Below are positions 63,497 to 64,000 of a stretch of 64,000 nt of DNA, piece by piece. Under the pieces are notes generated by a model. That model saw only the letters and a program-made list of their open reading frames with translations, was not told where the DNA came from and ran no database searches. The DNA is from an uncultured Methanosarcinaceae archaeon. GTDB lineage: Archaea > Halobacteriota > Methanosarcinia > Methanosarcinales > Methanosarcinaceae. Within the stretch, counting starts at the first letter, position 1; every line of letters starts with the position of its first letter. The position numbers and the translations under genes were made by a program. The stretch is taken from positions 32,001-96,000 of the forward strand of contig CAVSHT010000013.1 in NCBI GenBank assembly GCA_963727895.1, in the 5' to 3' direction.

Positions 63497-64000
63497 GGCA
63501 TTGGTACTAAAAAATAGATATATATGCTTATAACATATATTTCTTCATGAACTGCCCAAAATGTAATAGTTCCAGTCACAAAAAAAACGGTATAGTTGGT
63601 GGTCGTCAACGCTACAAATGCCATGATTGTGGATATAACTATACAGTAGAGCTAAAATCAACTGCTTTTTCCGTCTCTGTTAAAAAACAGGCTTTACAAC
63701 TTTATCTTGAAGGATTGGGCTTTCGTTCAATAGGAAGAGTTTTAGGGGTGAGTCATGTTTCTGTCCAAAGATGGATCAAGAAATTTGGTCAGGAGTTAGA
63801 GGACCTAAAAAGCGAAAATGAGATATCTATTGTTGAAATGGATGAGATGCACACTTACATCGGTAACAACAAAAATATTGCTGGATCTGGATTGCTGTTG
63901 ATAGAGTTGGGAAAAAGTTTATCAACTGCTCTTTTGATAGCAGAGGAACGGAAACTGGAAAACTACTCTGGGAAAAATTGAAGAAAAAAGAGATTGGAGA
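63497..64000 (+). mobile_element. IS1-family element (runs off the window edge), InsA 63547-63981
   Basis: Left TIR GGCATTGGTAC; InsA nearly identical to the other copies; slippery A8 changed to AACAAAAA. Confidence 0.92.

Overview
Archaeal DNA, almost certainly Methanosarcina, judged from the complete cfbAEDCB coenzyme F430 cluster, the Kae1-Bud32 fusion, the long-form EndA and the long AT-rich intergenic tracts. Conserved core blocks are the eif2g-PIN-rpoE1-spt4-dpck-rps24e-rps27ae-(TPR)-kae1/bud32-rdgB superoperon, purP, egsA, a glycogen-type cluster (GT4, GalT-like, GT3), amtB-glnK, cfb, endA-DUF2209-hflX, udg, pgk, an AMMECR1 gene, usp and sod. These alternate with decaying accessory tracts (about 23-34 kb, 48-52 kb and 57-64 kb). 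The tracts hold five IS1-family copies or fragments, an IS630 element, several MITE-like elements, a TnpB pseudogene with low-complexity insertions and a SIR2-like putative defence gene split by IS1. Many other genes are frameshifted or truncated (ferredoxin, TPR, PHP, alkaline phosphatase, histidine kinase). The most interesting unexplained signals are a long amtB leader hairpin with strand-specific G-U pairs next to an NrpR-type operator, three candidate sRNAs with TATA-like sites, two unannotated small proteins, and an inverted repeat pair bracketing the TPR gene. No CRISPR array, rRNA or tRNA was seen. All calls were made by eye, without database searches.
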